Assembly (NCBI GenBank): GCA_964492355.1
Contig: CAZBKF010000002.1
Location: 1-55,493, forward strand
Source of the DNA: an uncultured Rickettsiales bacterium
GTDB lineage: Bacteria; Myxococcota_A; UBA796; UBA9615
DNA: 55,493 bases
Direction of reading: 5' to 3'
Position 1 is the first letter of the stretch. Each line of letters opens with the position of its first letter. The translations under genes and the position numbers were made by a program. The notes below the pieces were generated by a model that was not told the DNA's origin, made no database searches, and saw only the letters and a program-made list of their open reading frames with translations. Shown here piece after piece: positions 1-8,576 of the stretch.

Positions 1-130
1 GAAGTCGAAAGCGGTGATCGCCATCGCCCGGAAGCTGGCGATGGCGCTGTGGCACGTCGCCCGAGGAGTGCCCTTCGACCCGGCGCGGCTCTACAACACC
101 GAGCGCCTCGGCCTGGAAGCCCTGGCATGA
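1..130 (+). mobile_element. IS110-family (DEDD) transposase, extreme C-terminal fragment; the gene enters from beyond the left window edge
   Basis: Frame 2 from nt 2 reads KSKAVIAIARKLAMALWHVARGVPFDPARLYNTERLGLEALA, then TGA at 128-130. The ..ARKLAxxxW.. pattern matches the conserved end of IS110/IS1111 transposases. It is absent from the ORF track because no start codon lies in the window. The element's right boundary cannot be identified by eye. Confidence 0.65.
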
Positions 131-220
131 CGCGACATCGCCCAGGAGCCCATCGCGAGGTCAGCGTCGCCCGCACCGCCCGACCGCGTAAAAGACGACC
201 AGCAAGGTCGCCGCCGGCAA

Positions 221-259
221 GCCGGTGCGGGCGAGCGCGCATCCTTGACCCGCACCGGC
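221..259. repeat. Perfect 11-bp inverted repeat (stem-loop, 17-nt loop) in the non-coding tail downstream of the transposase
   Basis: gccggtgcggg (221-231) is the exact reverse complement of cccgcaccggc (249-259). A second, longer-range pairing joins 298-307 (gcgcctccgg) to 352-362 (ccggagg-a-cgc). Confidence 0.85.
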
Positions 260-699
260 AGGCCGGCTGGGTGTGTCTCGCGAGCGATGGACGAGGGGCG
301 CCTCCGGCGGGAGCTCAGGGCCAATGGGCTGCTCGCCCAGGCGCAATCGACCCGGAGGACGCCATGTAGTCGAACCGTCCGAACAGGACCACCAGGCTCC
401 GACAGGGGTACGTCCGAAGCCTAGCTCTGGCCCACCCGAGGCCCTTCCCTAGTCACGACGGCCCCTACGGACGCCAGCCCGGTCATCAACGCTCGACGAA
501 GCTGATTCGATGCCGCCAGCGCGGACATCCGACGTATGGGAGCTTCAGCGGGCCGCCTGGCCTCTCCGCGGTGCCGACCGTGGTCCTCTCCCCACTCCGC
601 TCGAAGCTCTCCTGCCCACAACCGTGTCGCAGCACTGGCTTCGTGCGGCTACACCGGCCCGACAGCCGGCATTCTCACCGCGCTTGACTCCTACGGGAG

Positions 700-3249
700 C
701 TAGAACGAGATGGTCACCACCTCGCTGCTCTGGCCCCCGGGGTTCAGCAGCTGGAAGCCGTGCTCGCCCTCCAGCTGGGCCCACTCGGGCAGCCCGAACC
801 ACACCCGCTCGGTGTCCGGGATCGTCTGCAGGATCCCCTGGTCTTCGAACGAGACCCCGTCCATCAACACCGTCGCGCCGCCGGAGACGCCTGAGCCGAT
901 CAGCGTGTACCCCGGCACCTCTTCGCCGCCGCTGGTCAGGGTGGTGGGCACGACGTCGGTGATCCGCGGGATCGTGGCCGTGGCCAGCACCCGGAAGCCC
1001 GCTCGGCCCTCGCTCATCACCACCGGCTCGTCCAGCAGGACAGCCCCGTGGGGGCCGATCAGCTCGACGGCGTGGGTCGCGTCGACGATCCGGTTTCCGA
1101 AGGCGTCCACCGAGTCCACGGTGGCCCGTAGCTCGGCCCCGGCGGGGATGGACGCGGGCACCCGCAGGCGAAGGTGATCGAAGGCGGCGGCCTCGACGTG
1201 CACCAGGCGGTAGTCGAAGCGCCGGTCCGCGCGGTCGTGCTCGGGGGGCTGGGGCTCGGCGAGGCTGTCGGGGTCGAGCCTCAGGTGCAGCAGCAGGTCG
1301 CCAGCGGTCTCGGTGTCCAGGTAGAGGGGGAAGCCCCCGTTCTCGATCGTGAACGCCGTCGAGGGGATCCGGGGCTCGGCGGACACCAGGAGCGTGGCCC
1401 CCTCGAGCATCGCTGGCTCCAGCGCGGCGTGCCGGTCCGTCAGCTCTTCCACGGCCACGGGCATCACGACCGCCTCGCCCGCCAGCGTCCAGAACTCCTG
1501 GAAGCCCGGCGGCACGGCGTCGGGGTCAGCGGCTGCGGAGGCCCCCAGGGAGACCCCGGCGGACATCGACTCCCAGGCGGGGAACACGCCGCCCATCTCG
1601 GCCCAGAAACCCGGCGGATCCGGCAGCACCCACTCCAGGTCCTGGACCGTGCCCTGGGCCAGGTCGACGAGATCGTCCATCGTGTCCAGGGGATGGGTCG
1701 CCAGGTCGTCTCGATAGCGGACCAGGAAGGCCTCCAGCGAGGTGTCCGGGGCGCCCGACGTGGCGCTGGGCAGCTCCGTGGAGTCCAGGAAGTGGCCAAA
1801 GAGGTCGGCGTTGGACCGGGCGGGGACGCCGTCCTGGGGGCTCCGGCCCTCCCGGAGCGCCATCGTGTCCAGCAGATCGGCGATCCGGCCGGTGGAGTAG
1901 TCCACCAGGGCCGCCTCCGCGGTGCCGGCGGGTCGCGCCGTCTCGTGGGTGCGCAGGGCCTGGGCCATCACCGCCAGGGCGTCGTCCTGGTATCCGACAC
2001 CGTCCGCGTCGGGGCCGAAGGGGGGCTGATCGAGGTCCGGAATCTCCCCCTCTCCACCGGCGATCGCCAGGGGCCGGGGAGGCGGCAGCGCCGTCGAGTT
2101 GACCGACTGGCAGAGCTCCTCGCTGAAGGGCTCGCGCATGGAGAAGCCGTACTTCGCCTCGCTGCCCATGTTCAGGGAGATGCTGACGGGGAAGCTGAGG
2201 CCGGGCACGCCGAACACCAGGAACTGGGACAGCGTCATCCCGTAGCCCGTGCCGTACTGGACCCCCCGGGCGAGCTCGTCGGTGTCGCCGTCGCCGTTCC
2301 GGTCCCGCAGCAGGATCGACACCGAGGCGGTGTAGATGAAGAACTGGAACGAGATGGTGGCCGGCGCGATCCGCTCGAAGTCGCAGATGTGGGCCGCCTC
2401 GGTCTGCATCGGGACCATGCAGCCCACGAGCAGCGAGAAGCTCGCCGAGCCGAAGTCCCAGCCCGGCGCGTAGACGTCCTCGCCCTCCACGTAGGCCGCG
2501 AAAATCCCCTCGGGCGCGAGGTGATCGGTGAACGTGTACGTCTTGCTGAATCCCATCCCGCCGATGGCCGCGGTCCAGCCGTCCCAGCAGGTCCAGCCCC
2601 CGACGGTCCCGATCGAGTCGACCCGCTGGTAGGGCAGCAGGTTGCGGCAGCCCGGGTTCGTGGCGTTCTCGCAGTCCTGGGCGTCGCCGACGCCGTCGCC
2701 GTCGCCGTCCGGATCCAGCACGCAGGGGAGCCCCGAGCCGCCCTCCATGTCGACGTCCCAGTTCAGCTCCTCGCCGTCGGGCACCCCGTCGCCGTCGGTG
2801 TCCGGGTCGAGGGGATCGGAGCCGACGTCGGTCTCGTCGCCGTCGCTCGCGCCGTCGTCGTCCGAGTCGGCGTCGTTGGGATCGGTGCCACCTTCGACCT
2901 CGTCTCCGTCCGAGAGCCCGTCGTCGTCGCTGTCGGGGTCGCTCGGATCGGTGCCCTCGGAGACCTCGTCGACGTCGTCGAGCCCGTCCCCGTCGTCATC
3001 CACATCGCACGCGTCGCCCTCTCCGTCGCCGTCCAGGTCGTCCTGACCGGGGTTTGCGTCGGCGGGGCAGTTGTCGTCGCAGTCCACCGTCTCCTGGTCG
3101 GCGCAGGGCGCGTCGCCGTCGGTGCCCGAGGCGTCGCCGTCGTCGAGGATGCCGTCGTCGTCGGTGTCGCCGGGGCTGGCGGCCAGGGGCACGACCAGCA
3201 CGGAGAGCAGCAGGGCGCCGAGCAGGCCCAGGCGGCGGGGGGCGTTCAC
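700..3249 (-). CDS. Large secreted protein with thrombospondin-type-3-like Asp-rich Ca-binding repeats
   Basis: 849-aa ORF. It has a signal peptide ([27 protein letters not shown]), then about 150 aa of DxDxDGxxDxxD repeats ([24 protein letters not shown]). A large unknown middle region follows, and the tail is Ig/IPT-like. GC3 is high in this frame. The antisense 837-aa ORF is Arg/Gly/His-rich junk. Confidence 0.8.
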   Translation of the reverse strand: MNAPRRLGLLGALLLSVLVVPLAASPGDTDDDGILDDGDASGTDGDAPCADQETVDCDDNCPADANPGQDDLDGDGEGDACDVDDDGDGLDDVDEVSEGTDPSDPDSDDDGLSDGDEVEGGTDPNDADSDDDGASDGDETDVGSDPLDPDTDGDGVPDGEELNWDVDMEGGSGLPCVLDPDGDGDGVGDAQDCENATNPGCRNLLPYQRVDSIGTVGGWTCWDGWTAAIGGMGFSKTYTFTDHLAPEGIFAAYVEGEDVYAPGWDFGSASFSLLVGCMVPMQTEAAHICDFERIAPATISFQFFIYTASVSILLRDRNGDGDTDELARGVQYGTGYGMTLSQFLVFGVPGLSFPVSISLNMGSEAKYGFSMREPFSEELCQSVNSTALPPPRPLAIAGGEGEIPDLDQPPFGPDADGVGYQDDALAVMAQALRTHETARPAGTAEAALVDYSTGRIADLLDTMALREGRSPQDGVPARSNADLFGHFLDSTELPSATSGAPDTSLEAFLVRYRDDLATHPLDTMDDLVDLAQGTVQDLEWVLPDPPGFWAEMGGVFPAWESMSAGVSLGASAAADPDAVPPGFQEFWTLAGEAVVMPVAVEELTDRHAALEPAMLEGATLLVSAEPRIPSTAFTIENGGFPLYLDTETAGDLLLHLRLDPDSLAEPQPPEHDRADRRFDYRLVHVEAAAFDHLRLRVPASIPAGAELRATVDSVDAFGNRIVDATHAVELIGPHGAVLLDEPVVMSEGRAGFRVLATATIPRITDVVPTTLTSGGEEVPGYTLIGSGVSGGATVLMDGVSFEDQGILQTIPDTERVWFGLPEWAQLEGEHGFQLLNPGGQSSEVVTISF

Positions 3250-3620
3250 GGCGCCTCCCGGGTGAACCGCCGGTCCCGGGCGTCCCGGAGGGGCTCCAGG
3301 GCCGGGTCGACGCTCGCCGATCCCTCGGCCGGCGGAATCACGCGCTCGGCGCTGGGCGCCAGGAGCTCGACCTCGACGCCGGGGGTGGTGACGAGCTCCC
3401 CGTCGATCTCGACCCTTGCCTTCATCCCCACGAACCAGCCGGGCACGCCGACGTCGGCTCCTTCGGGGGTCGCCACGGGCTCCTCGTCCGCCGTCGCGTC
3501 GTCGTCGTCCCCGCTGATGTCGTCGTCGTCGTCATCGTCCGCGGTCGCCGGACAGCCCGGCAGGAGCAGGGCGACGAGCCCCAGGCACGCCAACAGGCGC
3601 AGGAACGATCGGCAGGTCAT
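3246..3620 (-). CDS. Small lipoprotein with a poly-Asp tract
   Basis: The internal ATG at 3620 gives [23 protein letters not shown] (lipobox LLPGC), followed by [21 protein letters not shown] overlap with the upstream gene (3617-3620); 4-nt overlap with the downstream gene (3246-3249). The upstream 58 codons of the 182-aa track ORF are Arg/Pro-rich and overlap the neighbouring gene. Confidence 0.7.
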   Translation of the reverse strand: MTCRSFLRLLACLGLVALLLPGCPATADDDDDDDISGDDDDATADEEPVATPEGADVGVPGWFVGMKARVEIDGELVTTPGVEVELLAPSAERVIPPAEGSASVDPALEPLRDARDRRFTREAP

Positions 3621-4078
3621 GGCGCGGTCCCCTCGGTCTCGAGGATCCGACGATATCGCTCCACGCGCTGGGCGCCAGCGGGCTTGACCTCCAGGAGCCC
3701 CCCGACCAGGCGCAGCTCGACGTCCTGGGCGCCGTGCTCGGGGTGCTGCATGGTGATCGCCAGGTGCTCTGCGCTCGCCTCGCGCAAGCTCCACGTCGTG
3801 CGTTGCGGCTCTCCCGCGATCGTCACCACGATCCGGTCCGTGGTGATGTTCAGGGTGGTGTCGTCGGCCAACTCCAGGACTCGGAGCAGCTCGGCGCCCC
3901 GGGGGTCAGCCGGGTCTGCGGCCGCGAGCTGCCTCATGGTGGCGATCTGCTGCTGCTGCTCGTCGGACAGGATGACCTGCCAGCGTCCCAGCACCCGGTC
4001 CTGCAGGGTCGGCTCGGGCGGGGTCCCGCCACATGCGCACAGGAAGGCCAGGGCGAGCGCGAAGCCGAGGCGTCCCAC
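3617..4078 (-). CDS. Lipoprotein of unknown function
   Basis: GTG start. MGRLGFALALAFLCACGG contains a lipobox (LCAC). 153 aa, same operon as the sigma/anti-sigma pair. Confidence 0.7.
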   Translation of the reverse strand: MGRLGFALALAFLCACGGTPPEPTLQDRVLGRWQVILSDEQQQQIATMRQLAAADPADPRGAELLRVLELADDTTLNITTDRIVVTIAGEPQRTTWSLREASAEHLAITMQHPEHGAQDVELRLVGGLLEVKPAGAQRVERYRRILETEGTAP

Positions 4079-4081
4079 GCA

Positions 4082-4888
4082 TCAGTCCTTGGAGCGAAGG
4101 ATGACCTTGCCGCCCGGCTCTGTCGGCGTGGGCTGCGACGCCTCCAGCGTGACCAGGAGTCTCGCGTCGTCGGAGACTGCCTCCGGCAGGCGGAGGGCGA
4201 TCTGTCCTCCCTGAGCCGAGTAGCCCGGCGGAAGCGCCGTGATCAGCGCGGGATCGCTGTCCACGAGCCACACGTGATGCAGGCGTCCCGCTCCCGGCGG
4301 ACCGAGGGGATCCACGCTCAGCACCAGCCGGCCCCCTTCCACATCCAGGAAGGCCCGTCCCGGCATCCCGCCCTTCAGGTCGAGGATCCGGGCGAGGGGA
4401 TCTGCGGCGGACTCCAGCGAGCCGGCGATGCTGTCCAGCTGCCGGCTCATGAGCTCGGCGTGCTCCACGGCGGTCTTCGTCTTCTGCTCCGCGTAGGTGG
4501 CCTCGCTCGTCAGCCGCTCCACCTCCAGGCCCTGGGCCCGGCCCCAGATCGCCGCGGCCACCACCGCCGCGCCGGCCAGGACGGTGAGCACGATCCACAG
4601 TCGCAGCTGGTTTGTCTCCGGGAACAGGATCGGCGTCTCTACGTCCTCCTGGCCCTGGGTCCTGGCCAGGGCTACCAGCGCCTCGGCGCGCTCCGCCGGG
4701 AAGGGCTCCACCGCGAGCCCCAGGGGCACCGCGTGAAACGCCTCCATCAGCTCTTCGATCTCGATCGCGCAGGCGGGGCACCCGTCGCCCAGGTGCAGAT
4801 GGATCCGCTCGTTGAGCAGGCCGTCGGTCAGCCCCGCGGCGTAGGCGGGGAAGGACGGCTGCAGGTCGCGGCAGCGATCACCCTCCAT
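4082..4888 (-). CDS. Membrane anti-sigma factor (zinc-finger ZAS-type N-terminus, RskA-like extracytoplasmic domain)
   Basis: HLHLGDGCPAC matches the Hx3Cx2C anti-sigma zinc motif. There is a single TM segment (LWIVLTVLAGAAVVAAAIW). The C-terminal domain resembles the anti-sigma-K (RskA) type. It overlaps the upstream ECF sigma gene by 11 nt. Confidence 0.75.
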   Translation of the reverse strand: MEGDRCRDLQPSFPAYAAGLTDGLLNERIHLHLGDGCPACAIEIEELMEAFHAVPLGLAVEPFPAERAEALVALARTQGQEDVETPILFPETNQLRLWIVLTVLAGAAVVAAAIWGRAQGLEVERLTSEATYAEQKTKTAVEHAELMSRQLDSIAGSLESAADPLARILDLKGGMPGRAFLDVEGGRLVLSVDPLGPPGAGRLHHVWLVDSDPALITALPPGYSAQGGQIALRLPEAVSDDARLLVTLEASQPTPTEPGGKVILRSKD

Positions 4889-5390
4889 CCGAGCCTCCCA
4901 GGCGCTTTGCGAAGGCGGTCAGCGCGGGTCCCACGGCGGCGGCGTCGGGGAGCACGATGGAGTCGTCCTGGACGGGGTGGCTGAACCAGGCCGCTTCCAG
5001 GACGTCGCGCCCCGCCGGGTCCTGGGCGAGGCACGCGCCCACCGCCGAGGTGTCGTCGTGGCCCGGGTTCGAGGGGCGCTCGGAGCCGGGGCCGGGCTGG
5101 CGCCGCCGCCGACGATCGTCCAGCCACTCCAGGGCGATCGCCCGTCCCATGGCGAGCACCCACAGCAGGGGTCGCCCCACGTGACGGTCCCACAGGGGGG
5201 CCATCTGCCAGACCTCCATGAAGACCCGCTCGGTCATCGTGTCCACGACCTCCGGGTCCTCCACCATCCGGCGCAGGGCGGCGACCAGCCACGGTCCCGT
5301 GAGGGAGGCGAACTCGCCCAGGGCGGCCGAATCACCGTCGGCGATCCGCGCCATGAGCGCGACCTGCTGCTCGTCGGAAGGGAGGTTCAT
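4878..5390 (-). CDS. ECF-type sigma-70 family factor with divergent region 4
   Basis: Region 2 is clear (ALMARIADGDSAALGEFASLTGPWLVAALRRMVEDPEVVDTMTERVFMEVWQ...PLLWVLAMGRAIALEWL). The C-terminus keeps only RDVLEAAWF and lacks a recognisable HTH with GTVKSR. Confidence 0.65.
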   Translation of the reverse strand: MNLPSDEQQVALMARIADGDSAALGEFASLTGPWLVAALRRMVEDPEVVDTMTERVFMEVWQMAPLWDRHVGRPLLWVLAMGRAIALEWLDDRRRRRQPGPGSERPSNPGHDDTSAVGACLAQDPAGRDVLEAAWFSHPVQDDSIVLPDAAAVGPALTAFAKRLGGSDGG

Positions 5391-5414
5391 CGGACGGAGC
5401 CTACCGCGCGGGCA

Positions 5415-6602
5415 TCACAGTTCGCGCTGCAGGGCCTGCACGATGTCCCAGCGTCGCTGGCTGCCGGCGCCATCGAGCGACACCACGTACCGCACGACGC
5501 CGTGCTCCTTCGTCTCGGCGTAGCCCACGACCGACTTCGTCACCTTGAGCGTGCCCGTCTTGTGCGGGGAGTCGTGGCGGACCCTCAGGAGCGCCTTGTG
5601 GGGCTCGAACAGCTCCAGCGCATGAGCAAACGCCGCGCTGGTCGCCTGGTTGGTGTAGGAGATCCCGGATCCTTCGACCATCACGAACCCCTCCAGCCCC
5701 GGGTTCGCTTCGATGAACGCGACGGACACCTCCACGCTCTTGTCGAGGCTCGCGGGGGCGCCCCTCACGGCGGCTCCCACGGCCAGGAAGACCTGGTTCG
5801 CGATGTAGTTGTTCGAGTAGTAGAGCATCGCCGCGCAGACCTCCCCGATGGTCCGGGAGTTCTGGTGCACGTGCAGGGGCTCGGCGTCCTCGGGCACCGC
5901 TCCGTCGCTGACCTCGGCGCCGACCGTCACCCCGGCGGCGCGCAGCTTGGCGGCGATCAGCTCGGCGGCGTAGCGACGAGAGTCCTTCGGGCTCTTGCCG
6001 ATGTTGATGCGGTTGGTGCCTTGAACGCCCTGCCGCTTCGCGACCTCGGTCGCCAGGGGGGTCAGGGGAGTCTGCTCCTCGGCCGACGCCACCTTGCCGC
6101 CCTTCACGATCACGTTGATGGTGTTGAAGTTCACGGCGGTGGCGGAGTTGAGCGCGTCGTAGGGCTCTGTGGTGGACGTGACCCCCGGGATCTTGATGCC
6201 CGTGGCGAACCAGCCGTCGTCGATGGCCACGCCCTTCAGCTCCTTGCCCTCGAGCTTCTTCGCCAGGTCCGCAGCCACTACGTCCAGCTCTTCGCTCACC
6301 AGGAACGGATCGCCCTTGCCGCGCACGAGGAGCGTGTCCTCGATGAGGTGGAACTCCGTCTCGAAGCGGTTCTCCAGCCCCAGGTGCTCTGCGGCGAGCA
6401 GCGTGGTCATGACCTTGAGGGTCGAGGCGGGCGTGAACGACTTGTCGCCATTGTGGGTGGCCAGCACCGCGCCTTCGGCGTCCACGACATAGACGACGCC
6501 GTTGGTCCCCCCGAGGCGGGCGACGGTCTCGCCGAGCCCCGCCTGGGCGGGGGGAGCGAACAGCAGGAACAGCAGCAGCGCAGCGGCGGAGCGAAGCATC
6601 AA
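5415..6602 (-). CDS. dacB: D-alanyl-D-alanine carboxypeptidase/endopeptidase, PBP4 (peptidase S13)
   Basis: Signal peptide, SxxK (PASTLKV), SxN (YSNN) and KTG (HKTGTL) motifs in the right order; 395 aa. Confidence 0.85.
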   Translation of the reverse strand: MMLRSAAALLLFLLFAPPAQAGLGETVARLGGTNGVVYVVDAEGAVLATHNGDKSFTPASTLKVMTTLLAAEHLGLENRFETEFHLIEDTLLVRGKGDPFLVSEELDVVAADLAKKLEGKELKGVAIDDGWFATGIKIPGVTSTTEPYDALNSATAVNFNTINVIVKGGKVASAEEQTPLTPLATEVAKRQGVQGTNRINIGKSPKDSRRYAAELIAAKLRAAGVTVGAEVSDGAVPEDAEPLHVHQNSRTIGEVCAAMLYYSNNYIANQVFLAVGAAVRGAPASLDKSVEVSVAFIEANPGLEGFVMVEGSGISYTNQATSAAFAHALELFEPHKALLRVRHDSPHKTGTLKVTKSVVGYAETKEHGVVRYVVSLDGAGSQRRWDIVQALQREL

Positions 6603-8083
6603 GGTCCGAATCTCCCGTCGTCCTCAATCCTGAGGGCGGTCTCTCCAAAGTCAACGGTCGACAGCTCGCGGATGACGGCCACGGCCTCTGCCTCGGGGTC
6701 GAGCAGGGGCCCCCCGGGAGGGATCTGCCGGCCGGAGATGATGCGCCCCGAGGCGAGCCGCCCGTCCGGGTGCAGGTCGACCTCCAGGAGCACCGACAGA
6801 CCGTTCATCCCCCGGAGGCTGAAGCCTCCGTAGGTCACGAAGTTCCCGAGGGAGTAGGCGATCAGGCGGTCCTTGTAGACCTCCATGCCCCGGAGCACGT
6901 GAGGGCCATGACCGACGATCAGGTCGGCTCCGGCGTCGACGACGGCGTGGGCGAAGCGCCGCACGTCGCCCCGGTTCTCCCCCAGGAACGTCTCGGTGCC
7001 CATGGGGACACGCTGGGCCTTGGCCCCCTCGGCGCCAGCGTGGAAGGACACGACGATGAGGTCGGACTTCTCGGCCATGTCCTGGACCATCGCCACGGCC
7101 AAGTCCACGTCTCGAACGTCCCCGCCCAGGGGCGAGGTGGCGAACCCCAACACGCCTACGCGCACGCCGCCGACCTCGAGGATCGCGGTCTGATCGAGGG
7201 GTCCGGCGATCTCGATGCCCGCCGCGTTCAGGGTCTTGACCGTGCTCGTGCGGCCCGCCGGTCCGAAGTCGTTGGCGTGGTTGTTGGCGAAGGAGACGAC
7301 ATCGACCCCCGCGTCCACCAGGTTCTGGGCATACCGCACGGGGCTTCGGAAGGCGTAGCAGCTGGTGCTGTCCTCGTCGGGGCACTTGTGGCTCTTGCCC
7401 GAGTCCAGCAGCACGCCTTCGAGATTGAGGAACGTGACGTCGGCTGCCTTCATGGGCTCGAGGTAGGCGTCAAACAGGCTCGCGCCGTCGTCCCTGGGCA
7501 GGCCGGGGCCGGTCAGCGGCGAGCCCATCATCGTGTCGCCGCCGAGGGCGAAGCGTAGCCCCGGTCCGTCCGCTCTCTCGACCGTCTCCGGGCCGGTGTC
7601 GACGACCGGGCCGGCCTCCAGGCGCCGGCGCAGCTCGGCTTTCGTCCGGGCCTCGGCGATGTACCGGGGCACCTCCTCGTGCTCCGGCTCCAGGGTGAGC
7701 ACGCGCTCCCACACGCGCACGACGTCGGACCAGCGCCCCAGCACCCAGTAGGACCAGCCGATCTCGTACAGCGAGGCGACGTGGTCCGGATCCAGGGCCA
7801 GCGCCTCCTCGTAGGCGGCGATCGCCGCGTCGGTCTGCTTGTTCTTCTGGTGCTGGTAGCCCCGCTTGTAGGCGGTCTCGACCGCTGCCGGATCCGCGGG
7901 CGGGGTCGTTTCCTGGGCCTGCAGGAGGCCTCCGCCGAGGAGCAGCCCGAGCGCAAGGGCACCCGCGGCGAGGGCACGCTCTCGCCGTCGGTGGGCGCGG
8001 GTCGGGGTCTGGGGGCGAGCATCTGTCACGGTCGTCACTCTATCGACCCCCGAGGCCGTTGGTTCATTCAACAGGCAAGGCAC
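6599..8083 (-). CDS. TPR-repeat + CapA-family (poly-gamma-glutamate/capsule synthesis type) metallophosphatase
   Basis: N-terminal signal/TM segment, then TPR-like repeats (AIAAYEEALALDPDHVASLYEIGWSYW). The C-terminal CapA signature is FANNHANDFG...HAGAEG...GHGPHV. ATGA overlap with dacB. The start is uncertain; in-frame GTGs at 8038 and 8029 are alternatives because the first codons have low GC3. Confidence 0.75.
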   Translation of the reverse strand: MPCLLNEPTASGVDRVTTVTDARPQTPTRAHRRRERALAAGALALGLLLGGGLLQAQETTPPADPAAVETAYKRGYQHQKNKQTDAAIAAYEEALALDPDHVASLYEIGWSYWVLGRWSDVVRVWERVLTLEPEHEEVPRYIAEARTKAELRRRLEAGPVVDTGPETVERADGPGLRFALGGDTMMGSPLTGPGLPRDDGASLFDAYLEPMKAADVTFLNLEGVLLDSGKSHKCPDEDSTSCYAFRSPVRYAQNLVDAGVDVVSFANNHANDFGPAGRTSTVKTLNAAGIEIAGPLDQTAILEVGGVRVGVLGFATSPLGGDVRDVDLAVAMVQDMAEKSDLIVVSFHAGAEGAKAQRVPMGTETFLGENRGDVRRFAHAVVDAGADLIVGHGPHVLRGMEVYKDRLIAYSLGNFVTYGGFSLRGMNGLSVLLEVDLHPDGRLASGRIISGRQIPPGGPLLDPEAEAVAVIRELSTVDFGETALRIEDDGRFGP

Positions 8084-8118
8084 GGTGCGGTGCCCGCTGG
8101 CTCACACGTACGCGTGGC

Positions 8119-8124
8119 TATACT
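8119..8124 (+). promoter_or_regulatory. Possible -10 element (TATACT) upstream of the poly-Asp/kinase operon
   Basis: A near-consensus AT-rich hexamer in otherwise GC-rich intergenic DNA, 60 nt upstream of the ATG at 8184. No convincing -35 was found. Confidence 0.2.
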
Positions 8125-8183
8125 CGGCGCCGCTCGGGACGGCCCTCGCCTCCCGGGAGCGCGCAGTGTCGCGTAGAGGTTCC

Positions 8184-8561
8184 ATGAAGACGGTTTCGAA
8201 CAGACCCTCCTGGCATCGTCGAGTCCGCTGGCTCGCGTCGATCCTGCTCGTGTTGGCGGCCACGCTGTCCATCCATCTCGCCGGCACCGGCGACGGCCAG
8301 GCCCAGGAGCTCAGCGGGACCTCCGAAGAGGAGCTGTCCCCGGGCATCAAGCTGCGGATCCAGTCCTGCGGCTACGACAAGCCCCGGTTCATTCCGCTCA
8401 GCGACGACGACGACTCGGCCGACGACGACGACGACACCACCGCCGGAGACGACGACTCCGGTGACGACGACGACACCGGCGACGACGACGACTCCGGCGA
8501 TGACGACGACGACTCCGGCGACGACGACGACTCCGGCGACGACGACGACTCGGGGTCCTGA
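8184..8561 (+). CDS. Small membrane-anchored/secreted protein with a C-terminal (DDDDSG)n poly-Asp tail
   Basis: ATG at 8184: MKTVSNRPSWHRRVRWLASILLVLAATLSIHLAG. The tail is DDDDSADDDDDTTAGDDDSGDDDDTGDDDDSGDDDDDSGDDDDSGDDDDSGS. It ends 16 nt upstream of the kinase gene. Confidence 0.65.
   Translation: MKTVSNRPSWHRRVRWLASILLVLAATLSIHLAGTGDGQAQELSGTSEEELSPGIKLRIQSCGYDKPRFIPLSDDDDSADDDDDTTAGDDDSGDDDDTGDDDDSGDDDDDSGDDDDSGDDDDSGS
8400..8555 (+). repeat. Coding (GAC)n-based microsatellite-like tandem repeat
   Basis: Reiterated gacgacgacgac-tcc/acc-ggc units encode the poly-Asp tail. Confidence 0.9.
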
Positions 8562-8576
8562 GGCTTTTCGCACCCG

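Noticed and set aside
131-699. tRNA, small ORFs (49-369, 421-621, 510-962) or an integration site in the non-coding gap
   Set aside because: No T-loop/anticodon-arm architecture was found by eye. The small ORFs have poor codon bias and Arg/Pro-rich products. A cryptic tRNA fragment cannot be excluded without tRNAscan.
1174-3687. 837-aa plus-strand ORF
   Set aside because: It lies antisense to three well-supported minus-strand genes (the TSP3 protein and two lipoproteins). The composition is Arg/Gly/His/Val-rich with no recognisable motifs.
4977-6833. 618-aa plus ORF. Similar long shadow ORFs: 8118-9782(-), 10493-11767(-), 25644-27470(-), 28058-29863(+), 29514-31712(+), 48665-50818(-), 42293-44359(+), 45864-46916(-)
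   Set aside because: Each lies antisense or out of frame to a gene with recognisable motifs and a near-saturated GC3 frame. Their own translations are Arg/Gly/Pro/His-rich and have no domain signatures.
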